Assembly: GCA_965153285.1 (NCBI GenBank)
Contig: OZ229125.1
Source: Podarcis tiliguerta
Taxonomy: Eukaryota
Length of the DNA: 64,000 nucleotides
Direction: 5' to 3' (one strand)
In this document: positions 24,901-39,013 of the stretch, piece after piece
Layout: each line of letters opens with the position of its first letter
Position numbering within the stretch: position 1 is the first letter of the stretch
Program-made: the position numbers and the translations under genes
The notes under the pieces: generated by a model
The model's database searches: none
Told to the model about the DNA's origin: nothing
Seen by the model: only the letters and a program-made list of their open reading frames with translations

Positions 24901-26726
24901 TAAGTTTACAGAGTTCTATCATGTCACCTGTTACTCGCCTTTTCTCTAACCGGAAAGTCCCAAATGCTGCAACCTTTCCTCACAGGGGAGTTGCTCCATC
25001 CTCTTGGTTGTTTTGGTTGCCTTTTTCTGAACTTTTTTCCAGCTCTACAATAACCTTTTTGAAGCAAGGCAACAGGAACTATGCCCATCCCCACTCTGCT
25101 GGCTGAACCCGAGGTTGGGATCCCAACATGCCCCTGATGTTTTGGCCAAGGGTGGGTATTCCTGGCTCCACACGTTGCCACACATTTCATGGGTGTTCCA
25201 CCCAGTGAGTCCCCACAAACAACATGCCAAGCAGCAGCGCTCCATCCAAACAGCAAGGCCTTGGGAACAAAGGTGGTTCCCTCGAGGAAAGCCACCTGCG
25301 GCTCAGGTGGCAAACAAGAAACAACCATGTGCGTGTGAGTCACAGGCTGAAGACTGCAAGGCCCCAAAAGTAAGGTAGAAACACACAGGTGGTGTAGGAA
25401 ATGCTTTTGCCACTGGCTTGCTGAGCTGAGCCTTAAACCAAGCTGCCTTTCCACTCTCCAAAAAATCAGGCCTTTCTCTGTAGACTGACCCTGGGAACCT
25501 TGGGTCTTCCCAATAAAAAATGCTCTCCCTGGCCTGGGGAAGATCCCTGCTTCCCTTCAACTGGGGCAGACAGGACCGTGTGAATATGAACCCACAGTGT
25601 TGCAGCCCAAACACATGGTCTGCCCCAGCAGTGCTGAATTTATTAACTCATTTTATTTCATGAAATTTATACACACCTTGATTGCAAATAAATATACAAA
25701 CCTCAAAGTGGTTTACAAAAAGATAAACACTAAAATCAAGGAAAGATTATGACAATAGGTTAGAACGTACAAAAGGATAAAATACTAAAAGAAATTAAAA
25801 TTCGCATCAACTTCCTAACCCTCTCTTCAGAGAACCAACAACTCTTTTGAGGGGAATGGATGAGGGGGAAAGTGAGACCCCTGCGCTGAGAGCATTTACC
25901 CCTTTGCTTTACCCCACATGACCAGACCCAGCTCTGCCTGCTTATGAGGACGGGAGGCAGAGCAGCCCCAGGAAGCAGTAGGCGTCAGTAAGGCAAAGGT
26001 ATTTCTGAAGGACTGAGTCAGAACTACGCCAGTACGTCTGCCTCACAGTGGGGAGGTCTTGTGACGTGAGGGTGGAAAATGCACTAAAGCTCAACCTACC
26101 CACGGCATCTAGCACCTTCCCTGACACTTAAAATAGAAGAATGGAGAGAAAAAGTGCCACCAGCGTGAATAAAATAATTGGGGGGGGGGGGCACAGTAAA
26201 AGGCTCAGTGGTTTGACGATGGTGGCTGGATGTGGAAGGGTAGAGGAACTGGAAGCCGGAATCCCCTCTTAGCAATGAAGCGTAATGAGAGCCAGAGCGT
26301 CAGGCTAGGACCTAGGAGTCCAGCGTTTGAAAACCTGTGATTTAACGCTGAATTGGGTTCCCCGCAGATTACCATTTAGCGCTAAAGAGTGGATTTCCCA
26401 GGGGAAAGTTGCAGGGCAAAGGCAAAACCACTCAGCCCCATGCCTAGAAAGCATGGGACAAGCAGAAAACCACTCCGGCCTGTGCTTTCTAGGCAGGGGA
26501 CAAGCGGAAGTGTGGACAAGCCCTCAGTCACAAAGCTCCCTGGGTGACCTTAGACTACTCACTACTTCTCAACCTAACCTACCTCACAGGGTTGTTGTGG
26601 GGATTATATGAGAACTAGGACCTGACAGACCAGGGTTTGAATCCCCACTCAGCCATGAAGCTCACTGGACCAGTCACTGCCTCTCGGCCTAAGCTACCTC
26701 ACAGTGGAAACACTATCATGCATTTG

Positions 26727-27274
26727 TGTTGGGGTGGAGATGATTGGAACCCTCCCCACGTGCTCCCAGGTCCTCTTCCCACGGCTTGGGCTCCCCTCTT
26801 CCACCCCTTGGGCCACCCAAGATATAGGTACGGTGATATTTGTCTTCACCAGAAGGCCTTGAAAACCCCTGGCACCAGGCATGTTAGCTGAACCTTGAAG
26901 CTTGCCCCCAAGTGTTAGGCGAGCTGGATGCTAAGTTTATATTTTATTTTACATTATTACACTCTGCTTATCTCTCGCTCCTCCTTCCTTAATCATTGCT
27001 TTTCTAAAATAAACTCTTTATCATCCAGAATACTGGAGGTTGGCTGGCTTTTTTAGGCCACGACCGCCTTATCTCCCACACACCAGGCGCTGAAACTACA
27101 AGCTTTCTGCAGAGACTCAGGCTGACTCTTGCATCCAGCAGAGACTGGAGGAAGTCGGCTGGCAAGTTTCCCAATTCCCAGGATAAAAGCCGGGAGGATC
27201 CCCACTGCCCTATAGCTTGGAGGCTTATAAGCAGTATTGCCCAAAGGTTAGAGAGGTGGGGGGGGTGTTATACA
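26727..27274 (+). mobile_element. Possible LTR-like element interrupting a CORE SINE
   Basis: Begins TGTTGGGG and has AATAAA at 27008-27013 followed by U5-like sequence. Candidate ends are CCCACA (about 27080) or TGTTATACA (27274); boundaries are uncertain. Confidence 0.4.
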
Positions 27275-27514
27275 GGGTGGATATACCCAGAGGATGCCAT
27301 AGCAGGTGGTCCCCTGCTTCTCCCATAAGAACTTAAGAGCAGTCTGCTGGATCAGGCCAATGTACCATCTAGCCCAGCATTCTGTTCTCACAGTGGTCAA
27401 CCAAATGCAAATCAGCTTAACTGGGTGACTGTCATCATATGATGGAAACAGCTATAACTGTCTCCGCACTGTCCATCACCCTGCAAACCTCTGCAAATGA
27501 TTTCACAGGCCAGT

Positions 27515-27833
27515 TGGAGTGGATCTACTATGAAACTACTGACGCTTAAGCTTCAGGGCTCCTAATCCTGGAGGGGACCCTAGAAGTTACTTTAGTCCAC
27601 TTTGCTTAAAAATGTTGGGTCTAATAGACCCAATTTGAGTTGCACGACTCAAAGTGATTATTTTTGTTGTTGTATATATTTCAACAGTCCCAAAGTTTGA
27701 GAGTCAGTAGCACAGATGCTCTAAGGGTGGAGAAACCCTATTGAAGAAGATAAGTCTCTAACCAGACCTTGTTGCAAAGGGACCCCCTTGACAGTTCAAG
27801 CTTCAGGGCCCCCAAAATGTAGGTCTACCACTG
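27515..27833. mobile_element. hAT-like non-autonomous element
   Basis: Ends GAGTGGATCTAC and GTAGGTCTACCACTG, with subterminal AAGCTTCAGGGC repeated at both ends. Confidence 0.5.
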
Positions 27834-27869
27834 AGGTCAGTGCAGGGGGAAACTGGAGGAAGAGAGAGG

Positions 27870-28087
27870 CAGTGTGGTGTAGTGGTTAGAATGCCGGACT
27901 AGGACCAAGGATATCCCCGCTTGCCCATCAGGAAACTGAGTGAGTGAAGCTCGCTGGTCTGACCTGCCTCACAGGGTTGTTGTGAGAATAAAATGAGGAG
28001 GGGGAGAACCATGTGTGCTACCTTGAGCTCCATGGAGGAAAAGGTGGGATATAAATGAAATAAATAAATAGTAAATAAATAATAAAA
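27870..28087 (+). mobile_element. CORE/MIR-like squamate SINE with L2-type tail (Squam3-like)
   Basis: CAGTGTGGTGTAGTGGTTAGA head, CCTCACAGGGTTGTTGTGAG core, AAAAGGTGGGATATAAAT plus (TAAA)n tail. Confidence 0.82.
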
Positions 28088-29479
28088 CACTTAGATTCAG
28101 CTGTAAACCGAGCTAAACACCATTTCAGAAGTCTTCTCCTTCCGAAAGCGTCACCTTCTCTATTCTTGTCATCACAGCTCCTGCTTGCAGGAACAGCCTG
28201 ACGTTCTAAAATGGGAACGCTGTGGAATAATTTGCCTTTAATGAGTCGCAAGTATTAACTTCGTTCCAAGCAGGTCAGACAGTTTAACTTGCTAATAATA
28301 TACAGTATATATCTTTAAGAAATGGAAAGGGGAAAAACGGGCCACATTGTTGAGACCAGTCATGTGAGCCCTCAAGTAACATGGCGGGGAGAGGGAGGAA
28401 GTTTGAGAACAGCCATAAAAGGGAAATTTGCCTCTCACCCCCTCTGCCTGGGATTATTAATTCTGCAGTGCTGCCCCAGGACACAGTGGTAACCTGGGGG
28501 AGAAATCTAAATGGCACCCCTTCTTTCCAGTAACAAACAAGGGGTGTGATCTACTGGGAGGTCCTTCTGCAAAAGTCCTATGGAAATGAATGTGGGAGAA
28601 CATTCACCTGGACTGTGCCCACCTGAGATAATATGCTTGTTTCCTGCTATGCTGCTCTTAAGGCTGCCCAGCAACTTGTGACCTCACCAGACTCCATGGT
28701 CAGAACAAGGACTGCCCCTGTATGGCCACATTCGCACCCTACATTTAAAGCACTATGATACCGCTTTAAAGGATTCTGGGAGCTGTTTGTTAAGGGTGCT
28801 GAGAGTTGTTAGGAGACCCTTCCTATTCCCCTCTCTCAAGAGCTAGAAATTCTCAGAGTTCCCTGTGAAGAGAGATTGATTATTAAACCACTCTGAAAAT
28901 TATAGCTCTGGGAGAGAAATAGGCAAATCTGGGGCTGATGGGAAATGTAGTCCAAAATGCCTGGAGGACATCAGGGTTGGCAAAGGCTGGGCTACATGCT
29001 CAGTTGTGCACCAATCCATCCGTTGACTCCAAAAACAGCCAGCGTCTGAAAGCAGTTAGGGGCTTAACTGGGTTCTCTTAACAGTGGCTCCATTCAAAGA
29101 CAAGTGAAACCTGTGGATGGAGTGCTGTTTGCCAAAGGCAAATCTTGGATCCGACGCACTAAACAAAAAGTAAAAGAAGAACTACCAACACCACCATATT
29201 AAGAGCCAAGACAAAGCTTAATTAGACTTAATTGTGTCTTCTAAAAGTGACTGAAGCTAAAATATGCTGGATAGAAAAATGCAAAAACAAGTTGCTCAGA
29301 GTCAACTGATAGGCCATTTGCATGCGGTGGAATTGCAGGGAGGAGAGATGGGCCAATGAGAGGCAAAGTCAAGTGCTGTATTTGATCCCAGGATGCCGCA
29401 GGAAATGCTTCTCCTTGGTAGGAGCTGAAGGTATTAATTTTTCAAAGCCCTGGGCAACTTAGGTCCAAGGTACTGTACC

Positions 29480-29892
29480 TCGAGGTCTGCCTGACCCCTT
29501 ATATCCCATCTCGATCACTGAGATCATCTGCAGGAGTGTTGCTGGTTATTCCCAGAGTTGACGAGACTCATTTGACAGTAACAAGGAACTAAGTCTTTAG
29601 TGTCATTTGTTCCCAGGGGTATTCCTGTTCATTCTGCCTCCATGTGGAATGGTGGAATGGAGATTTAGCAGGCAACGTCTGTGTCAACTTCTAAACACCT
29701 GCTGAAAACTTTTCTATTCCATCAGGTTTATGCAGGAAATTAAGAACACATATTTCCATAATAGCTGATTTCCCATTTTAATTTTTTAATATAGTTTTCA
29801 TTGCAGTGTTTTTAACGTGTCATTGTTGTAAGCCACTCAGATTTTCTCTCTCAAGAATAGAGGTATATACACATTTTTGTAAATAAAATAAA
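29480..29892 (+). mobile_element. L2 LINE 3' fragment
   Basis: ACTGAGATCATCTGCAGGAG...CACCTGCTGAAAACTTTTCTATTCC...TTGTAAGCCACTCAG...AAATAAAATAAAT. Similar L2 ends at about 36720-36930, 39595-39990, 44560-44830 (-), 48050-48400 (-) and 52980-53190. Confidence 0.62.
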
Positions 29893-32834
29893 TCAAGTGA
29901 TGTGATGGATACAACATGTCTGAGCTGCTCAACACAGGAATCAGCCTGCTTTCTTGCAGACCGTTAGGCTAAAGTGAGGCAGCCGCTTCAGCTGGTGTAT
30001 TTTGAGGGAAAGGCCACAGGCAGAGTTGTGCGCTGCAAGCCTGCCTTGCACTCGCTAAGCTAGTTTGCTGACCTCAAGTGCAGGGCAGGAGGACACTGAC
30101 ACATCACCAGTGTTCATCAAATACAATTCAACTGCCAATCTGGCACATGGAATAAGGGGAGGCGCCATTCTGTCCTTCACCACAGGAAGCAATATGACTT
30201 GGGCCGGCCCTCCTTGGAGAGCCTCATAGGAGTCTCCCAGATTTAAACGTCATGAACACGGCCTCAGCTCAGGTTTCTCCCTTTCTGTTTTAGCAATAAA
30301 GCGCTGAGCCCAAAGGGCAGGAACCACCTGTGAAAACAGGCCACTTTTGAACTCCAAATCTGTTTATTCGGACTGCTTCAAGACAGGCAAAAGGGTCTGA
30401 TGCAATCATTGCACAAAGCATGCCGTGTCCTCCCAGACTGGCGGGGAACAGCTGGACCTGTTTTTTCTCCCCTTCTAACCCAAATCAGCTGGAGATCCCT
30501 TTCAAGTTGGAGACGGAGAAAGAAATCCGTTCCTAATGACAAGTCCCAGATTTCCTGAAAGGAATCGTGAGCTGGACAGTAAAGGAGCAAGTAAATCAGC
30601 CCCTCCTTCTTCCCCAGGCGACAACGACCACAAAATGCACACAGGCGCAGACACCCTGGATAGTTAAGCAAAAGGGAGCTCACACACTGAAGCAGGTATC
30701 AAAGGCCAGATTGAGCGAGGGGCTAATTGGGGCAAAATTTGAGCCCAGGCAGACCAAACCCAAAGCAGTTTTGTTACCCGAGGCAATTAATCCACCTGCT
30801 CCTCAACACACTGACTACATTACGGAGCATTCTGTGGTATCGCAGCAGGCAGCTCAGAGTTCAAGTACACACAACTGTGTGGCAAGTCTGTTTGTTTCAA
30901 TGCAGGTCTACCCCAGTCTCATAAACAGTGGAAGGGTGCCCCCCCCAACCCAGCTTTCGAGCAAAGGAGGTATTTGTGAGAAGGGAGTGCTATTTCCCCT
31001 GAGTCTCCCTCCCCCCCATACTGGCCAACATTTTTCTCTTCAGTCAACTGATACCAGAAGCGAGCTCAGATGGGGCTACCATGCATAGGGTGGGAGGCTA
31101 CAGGAAGATGGGATGAGGAAAGTTCAGCTCACTTCACAGGTGTGGCCATTACTGCTTCAAAAAGAGCACAATGTCCACTTTATTTCCTACTTTTCTTTCT
31201 TCACTTAAATCTCAGCTTTCAACCTTATGAGCCCCCAAGGTGGCTTGCCAGAATCGTTTTAAACTACTGGAGTAAAACGAGGTAGGCATAAAGACAATTT
31301 CTTCTTGGGGCTGAGAAAGATAATAGCATAGTAAATGCCAGAAAAGCAGATCAAGAGTTTCCCAAGCAGGGTGCCACGAGAAAAAAGGCCCTGTACTACC
31401 ACTTAGACACAATTGGGGCAGGTGGTGGTTTTTAAAAATGATGCAGTACCAGGTTTAGCGCTGAGGTGTGCAGGCTACAAGCAACAGCCAGTTTTAATGC
31501 TTCTGCCAGTGAACTCCCCCCCCCCCCCCATCAGAAAACAGCTGGCGCTTGGGAGTTTTGTGGATACTGATGGCAGCAGTTCTCTGTGGTCTCAGGGAGG
31601 GGTCTCTCCTGGAGAAGCTACAGAGTATTGTACCTGGTACCCTTTGCCTAAAAAGCAGATGCTCTGCCCCTGAGCCACAGCCTGTCCCTACTGAATTGAG
31701 TAGGACTGATCCAAGCTAGTAATTTGAAGTTAAGTTCTTAACTGTGTGTGCTGGTTTCTCATTTCCCCTCCTCCCTATTCAGAAGCCCAGACAAGAATGC
31801 AATTGTAAGGAAATGTCTTTAAGAAGGAGGAGGGAAAGAAAGCTTTGCAGCAGCCTGGAGGGGCACAGAGGGCAAGCATTTACACATCAAAGCCATCACA
31901 GGGCAGAGCCTGACCATGTTAAACAGCTGGCTGGTAATCTAGATCCCCCCCCCACTTCCTTACAGAAATGAGAGAGGGGAGAAGGGGCACAAGATTGAGA
32001 TTAGATCTGGAATCCTGGGCTAAACTACTTCTCTATGAAGAAGGAAAATAATCTTGGCCCAAAGCTGTGGATTCCTAGGCAGGCTTCCCTTTTGTGTGTT
32101 TTGAGAAATGAAGGAAATGCTCTGAACTTCAAGGAGGAAGGACGTTGTCATCAAAGACTCTTGAAAAGAGAGGCTCACCACCCCAAAGTGCTTTTATTAA
32201 TTATTTTTAAAGTGCAGCCTGTAGCTGGTGAACTAAGATATCACAAACCGGATGTTAGAAACTGTTACATTATAATTTTTTTACATTATTTGGGGGCAGC
32301 AGCAACCTTGGCATCTTTCAAGTTTTCCCTTCCATTTCCCCCTTGCTAGAAACAGTCAGTTCATGGCTGGGGCTGGTGGGAGTTGTAGTCCAAAACACCT
32401 GGAGGGCACCAGGTTGGCGGAGGCTGCTATAGAGAGAGGTAAGGAAGGAGCACATCACGTGTTTAAAGCACATGACACCCCCCTCACCACAAACAAATAA
32501 TCCTGGTAACTGTAGTTTGCTGGAAATTGTACCTTTGCGGAGGGAAAACTAGTGTTCCCAGGATGGGGGGGGGGCTCATGTGCTTTGAATGTGTGTTGAA
32601 CATGCTTTAAATGTGTAGTGTGGATCTGGTGGTGACTGGAGTTTTGTGTCTTGTGAAAATATGGGGGCAAAGCAGCTTGGATCCTTATCCTTCCAGGGCC
32701 ATCCTAAGACATTTCCATGCCGAAGGCCCACTTTGCATACCCTAATGGACATGAGGCACAGCCTTGAGGGAATTTGTCCTGGCATGGGCTCTACTGAAAT
32801 GAAAGGAAGCTGGTCAGACTATATGTGGAAACAT

Positions 32835-33030
32835 AAGAGCATGGGATCAGGCCCATGGCCCATCTAGCCAAGCATCCTGTTCTCACAATGGCCTACCGGA
32901 TGCCTGTGGAAAAACCAGCAAGGAGGATCCGAGCACAAGAGTCCTCTCCCCTCCTGTGGCTTCCAGGAACTGGTATTGAGAAGCACTGCTGCTCCAACTG
33001 TGGAGGCAGACCATACCATTGCCATCATGC
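32835..33030 (-). mobile_element. CR1 3' end
   Basis: AACATAAGA...GGATCAGGCC..TGGCCCATCTAG...CATCCTGTTCTCACA. Similar copies at about 4662-4810, 5888-6095, 13222-13495 and 27325-27405. Confidence 0.75.
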
Positions 33031-33104
33031 ATCCAGTTCTGCATGACCAGAGGAGGTGAGCAGGGTGGGGAGGGAGCTGGGAAGCTAAATCGTCTCTGTG
33101 GAAT

Positions 33105-33990
33105 GGTTGAAAGAGTTGGAGAAGAGAAGATGAAGGGGAGACACAGTTCTGGTCACCTCACCTCAAAAAGGATGTAAAAGGTTCCAAAAAGAGCAACCGA
33201 AATCATCAAGGGGATGGAGCAACTCCGCTGCGAATAAAGGTTGTAGCATTTGGGATTTTGTAGTTTAGAGAAAAGGCAAGCAAGAGGCAATGTGATGAAG
33301 GTTTATAAAAATATGTGTGGCATGGAGAGAGTGGACAGAGAGAAGTTTTTCTCCCTCTCCCCTAACATCAGAACATCAGTGTTAAACTATGGAACTCGCT
33401 CCCATGGGAGGCAATGATGGCCGCCAACCTAAAATGGCTTTAAAAGAGGCTTAGACAAATTAATGAAGGCTATAACAGAAGGTATGTTCTACCTCCACTG
33501 TTGGAGGCAACAATGGTTCTTAATACCAGTTGCTGGAAACCACAGGCAGGGAGGGGGCTCTGGGGCTTGGGTTCCTCCTTGCTGGTTTCCCCCATGAACC
33601 TGTTTTGCCACTGTGAAAACAGGATCCTGGACTATAGATCGGCCAATGGCCTGACCCATCTTACATTGCAATCTTCGAATCATATCTGAAAGGCTGTCAT
33701 GCAAAAGCAGACTAGTTCTCTGTAGCTCCGCAGGGTGGGATTAGAAACAGTGGGTCAAGAGCGGCTTGGATAATTGCAGGGAAGGAGATTTTGGCCACAT
33801 TGTAGGAGAAGCTTCCTAAGGGTAGCAGCTGTTCCATACTGGCACAGACTGCTGGGGGGGGGGGTCGCTCTCCTTCGCTGTAGGTACTTAAGCAGAGTCT
33901 GGGCAGCCATCTGTCAGGGATGTTGCGGTTGTATCCTGCACTGTGAATCCTGCATTCAGCCAGGATGGGCATGCTAGGCGACCTCCAAGG
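33105..33990 (+). mobile_element. CR1 fragments (RT end plus 3' UTRs of two CR1 families)
   Basis: GTTCTGGTCACCTCACCTCAAAAAGGAT...GCATTTGGGATTTTGTAGTTTAGAGAAAAGG...GGCTTTAAAAGAGGCTTAGACAAATT, then CAGCCATCTGTCAGGGATG. Confidence 0.75.
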
Positions 33991-34799
33991 CCTTCCCAGT
34001 GGCTCTCAGAGCATCTCTTGTGCAGCAGCCTTTCTTTCTGGAGGGGCTTTTGCCAGAGAAACATCTCACTGGGCTGTGCTTCCTCAGTCAGATCAGAATC
34101 CATTACAGTTATATTAGCCGTAGTGGCTTAGTAGAGCCTCCATATTCAGCAGGAGCCTACCACTAAATACCAGCACCAAGCGACATGTCCAAGATGCAGC
34201 CTTCCTGCCCTACTCGTGGGCTGGGAAATAGGGAGGTGGACTTGAGGGGCATTTGTTCCCTTTGCCCCTGGCATTCTTAGACTCTGCTTTGGACACCCAC
34301 AATCTGCCTCCTCCTATTTGTGCTGTGGTAGAGCCACCTCTAGCCCTGCGCGTCCTAAGCGTGTGAGGAAAGCCCCGCTTTCTCTGGCTCTGCTCCCAAG
34401 GAAACAATGGCTGGAAGCTCCTTCCAAACCAAAGAGGCCATGGCTGAAAAAGCCCAGGGTGGTGTCCTTAATCGCTGTGTAAACAAACCCTCGCCTGGCA
34501 TGAGGCAGGAAAAGGCCACAACTTCCTCTGACCTCACCACCCCAGAGGCTGTTGTACAAGATACAGGGAGTTTTTTGAGGAACTGAGAGAAGCTGAGGAG
34601 AAGGCAGTTTTAGGGGCTCAGGGCCTTGGAAGGGCCAGCGCCCCTGGTTCCCAAGGATAAGCTAAATCAAGACTTAGTGTGGATAGGCAAACAGGTGGGG
34701 TCTCCTAAAGAGGAGAAGGTGCCTGCTCTGTACCTTCTCTGGTCTTTCTGCTGCTGCACTCAGCCATGGTTTGATGTGTTGTCCAGAACCAGACTTGGG

Positions 34800-35125
34800 C
34801 CCCATCTGCCCTATCTGTTTAAAGGAGTACCATGCCACAGCTTCCCCCATAGCATCCCCAGTTTGTTAAGGGCGCTAAGAGTGGCTAGGAGACACCCACC
34901 CAGTACTCCAAATTCCCCTCACAAAGCTCCATTTCCCAGAGTTCCCTGGGAAGAGGGACAGACTGTTAAACACCTCTGGGAATTGTAGCTCTGTGGCGGG
35001 GTGGGGTAGAAGTCTCCTAACAACCCTCAGCATCCTTAATAAATCACACTTCTCAGAATTCTTTGGGGGAACCTGTGACTGTTTAAAGTGCCATGGTCCT
35101 GCTTTAAATGGATAGTGCAGCTGGG
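34800..35125. mobile_element. Palindromic MITE, same family as 57285-57720
   Basis: TTTGTTAAGGGCGCTAAGAG...TTCCCAGAGTTCCCTGGGAAGAGGGA...CTCAGCATCCTTAA...GCTTTAAATG. Confidence 0.72.
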
Positions 35126-36944
35126 GCCTCACACATGTGTCGAAAGGCATAGATAGCACATGACATTTTGCTGCCTGAGGCAAAAGCAAGACGGCACTTT
35201 CCCCTGTTCCACCAGCTTAAACCATTCATGAATGAGACACTGATAGCGGGTGATCTGATAGAGGTACCCTGCTCTTGATGGGGTTACAATCCCTCTGAAG
35301 GAGCAGGCACATAGCCCTTTGCTGTCACTTGAAACTCTAGTGGCCTCGGTTGATGAAGTACCTTCCATCAGCTTTGACTGCTGGCCCAGCTGTGCTCCTA
35401 TCTGGAAAGGGATAGTCTAATGTCTGGTACCTATGCTCTGGTAATGCCTAGGTTGGACTACTGCATTGTGCTATATGTAGGGCTGCCTTTAGGTTTGGAA
35501 ACTGCAGCTGGTGCAAAATTTTGATGGCAAAAACAAACAGAAGCATGGGCCTAGATCAAGTAAAACAACAGAAATAGTTAACTGACCAATCACATCGGTT
35601 CTGCCCCCCACAAAAAGCCCTGCCCCCCCAAAAAAACTTGGCTACACTCATGGAAGGAAAAGGGTTAAGCGGCCTTATCCATTCACCTCCCCATCCCTCA
35701 ACTACGGCAAGGTGAGGAGCGGGGGTCAAACCTCAGTGGCACAACCTTGGCATTGCATGCAAAAATGTCCTGGGTTCAACCCCTAGTGTCTCAAGGGAGC
35801 AGGTGCTGAAAAAGACTATTTTTCTGCCCAAGGCCCCCTCTGGAGAGGCCCTGCAGGTCTGAGTAAATAACACCAGGCTGAGTGGGTGAATGGTCGGACG
35901 TGGTGCAAGGCAGCTTCCCTAAAACATGAAGTCTCAAGTGCTGCTTCCAGTTTAGTTTTAAAAGCGGGGAGTAGGAGAGAAGTTATTATGTACTGCTGAG
36001 CATATAAGGTGCCTTTTGGCCCTCGGTGATGTAGACTTAGAAGATAGTTGTGGTGGATGAGTAGGGAACCAAATCAAGACTGCAAAACACTTTGCACATT
36101 TTCTTTTATAAAATCACTATAGAACTGGCCAAAATGGTAGACTTTGCTCATTTTCAAAGTGGGGAAACAGCACCACCTCTTGAACAGTTTTGCCACTCTC
36201 TCACCCGCCCTGAGTCTGGTTAAGTATAAATGTTCAGATCTTAGTCAGTTTGGAGTCACAGTGAGAAAGACTCATTCCTGCTTGTGTATCCTGTGCCTCT
36301 GGAGAGTAGCAAAATAGTTGGAATAGGGGGGTTCTCCCCACCTTTTTACGAGGAGCCACCAAGCTGCATCAAAAGCTATAGATTTAGCAGCTGTGCTCCT
36401 GCAATGCTTTTTATTGCAATTATAAAATGAGGAAAAGGCTCTCCCAAATATAATCAAATTGACAAAGTGTTAATTGAGATTGTCCATACAGAGATAGGTG
36501 ATGTAATTAGGCTGATCTATACACACACCAAAGCTAGGAATCACTCAGGGGCCCGAAGGCATGCTCTGGGAGCAGTGGGGAGAAAAGGACACCTCAGAGA
36601 ACAGCAGGATTTGCAGAATGGTACAGGCTGCAGCAGCGTACATTACACAAGTAATTCCTGTCAAAGCAAACCCAAATACAACTTTTTTTAAAAAGGCCAC
36701 ATACAATTTTTAAATAAAATAGGACGGGCCCCCATCAGTGTTGGCAACCCGCTGATTGACGAAGGCACACCTGTTTAGGAAAGCAATACCCTGGACATGA
36801 ACTTCTGGTTTTATTATTCTAACTATTTTAATTGCGATGCTTTATAATTTTTTGTTTTATTGTGCATTGTAATTAAGGATTTTACAGTGCATTTTAATTA
36901 AAGATTGATTCTATAGTTGTAAACTGCTTAGAAGCCTTTTTTAT

Positions 36945-37165
36945 TATTGTTGCATTTATATTCCACCTTTATCTCCAAGGAGCTCAAGGAGGCATGTCCA
37001 TAGTTCTCCATCTCCCCATTTTATCCTTGCAGCAACTCTGTGAGGTAGGTTAGGTGAGTGACTGCCCCAGAGTCACCTGTAGAGCTTCCTGGTTTGGTGG
37101 GGGCTTAGGTCTTCGTCTTGCCCAGGTCCTACTCCAACACTCTAACCACTACACCACACTGGCTC
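36945..37165 (-). mobile_element. CORE/MIR-like squamate SINE
   Basis: TTTATATTCCACCTT...TCTAACCACTACACCACACTG. Confidence 0.8.
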
Positions 37166-37853
37166 TCAAATTTTGACATACAAGTGGCATATAAATTAAT
37201 TATTATTAACTATAATAATAAATTAATGGTTATAAATGTAATTATTATGATTAATAATAACAACAATCACTGCGAACAAGGGCTCACATTGCGCCAGAGC
37301 CTAAACTTTGGGAGCGTGAGACAGCAGGTACAGAGTGCTGTTCTCCCAGTTCAAAGGTAATCAAAGCCCAACACACAGACTGCTGCTGGCCAAGGAGGGA
37401 GGAAGGAGTCAGCAGGTTTTCCCACCCCTTTGTTTCTGCTGCACCAGCTCCAAGATCAGGCCCCTCAAGGAACCTGAAGCCTGCAGCAGTAGTTTCTGTA
37501 TTTTTACACTAGTGAGTGGCCTGCCAGTGCTAAACCCCCAGCAGGGGCTCTGCCATATCCTAATTTCCTCCAAAGGCAGGGACCAGGGGTTAGGATTGCA
37601 CTGGTAATCCCAAATAGGAGGCGGGGGTGGGGATCAGTAGGATCTGCTTTAAGTGCTAGCACGGAAACAAAGTTGAAAAGTCCAACATAAAAATACCCAG
37701 AATAAAGGAGAAAGACACTAGCACTCCCCCCTCCCGTAAGAATCTATAAGCATCAACACATTTAAATTAATACATGAAATCAAATTGAGAGGCTACCTTG
37801 GACGTTTAGTAGACCCAAAGTGAGATGAAAATGGGTGGGCGGGTGGGACGGAC

Positions 37854-37854
<1 letters not shown>

Positions 37855-37892
<38 letters not shown>

Positions 37893-37916
37893 CACACACA
37901 CACACACACACACACA
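37855..37916. repeat. Compound microsatellite (GACA)n(CA)n
   Basis: Directly visible. Confidence 0.93.
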
Positions 37917-38369
37917 TTACTGGGCAAGTAATGCACAATTTCACAGGGGTGTTCAAATACATGTTATCCAATTGTTATGGAGTATCAAAAGCACACTTTC
38001 AGAGCCCAAATAGCTGTTTCTTTTTTTAAAGAGCTAAGCAATATAAAAAGCAGCCAACATGTGATGGGGAGACTTGTAGGGCATGTGTCAGCTTGGGGAG
38101 GAGTGGGGACTTTTCCATTCTGAAAACAATGCTGGAGAGTGAAAACCACCCCCCCTCAACACTGTGGCTCACACACACATCCCAGGCTACTATTGCTTGA
38201 AAAAACAAAGTAGGGCTTTCTTGGGGGGGGGGGGGGAAGGCACATCTAGTTTGGCCCTAAGGCATAGTGTTTTAAGAAGCAAATTACCAATGCCTGAAGT
38301 TAACAGATGGGTTTAAGGAACTGCAAAGATGAAGAAGTTAACAAGACAAAGAGAAAATGAGATCTCAAT

Positions 38370-38750
38370 GTAAAACAACCCAAAATCTTACATTGGACAG
38401 CTGGTCCCATTAACTCTGGAATATAGCTATAATGGAGAAAACTACGCATAATATGAGATTTCAACAAGGACTAGAAGCTCCAGACACTTTTTATATGGTT
38501 TGACATTCTGGTGTTATGCATACAATGGAACCATCATTTTCAAGGCAACCCTTCTGCAAGCCTGGCAAATCTGGAACTATACTTGATAATTAGATAATGC
38601 TGATATTGTTTACTTGGATTTTGTTATTTTAACTCACGTGCAACTGTACTCATTTTACATGCTTATTTTATAGTTTGCTTTTCCTCTTTTGATTTTCATC
38701 TGTTATAACAGTTTTCTTTGTTTTATATACACTATAAAATGAAATAAGAA
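38370..38750 (+). mobile_element. L1-type LINE 3' remnant
   Basis: Degenerate translation LWNIAIMEKL resembles the C-terminus of reptile/fish L1 ORF2, followed by a T-rich 3' UTR and an A-rich end. Confidence 0.45.
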
Positions 38751-39013
38751 ACATTCACCAAACGAAAGAAAGAAAATGAGATGCTGAGAAAACCTGTGAG
38801 CACTTCTTTGTTCAGGGGTTTTTTTGGGGGGGGTGGCGGGAAACCTGCACTAGGAAACTGATTGAAAACAATTAATTTTCTTTACTGTAGGCATTAAGCT
38901 GTTAAACAGGAGAGATTTGGAGGCCGTGTACAAATCGATGCTTATACAGGATCAGTTTCGCATGGATGCAAGACACGGCAATGAAATCAAACTGTAAACT
39001 TCCAAGGCCCTAC

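Noticed and set aside
30567-31088. 173-aa plus-strand ORF
   Set aside because: Non-ATG start, partly antisense to a LINE remnant, no homology or splice support.
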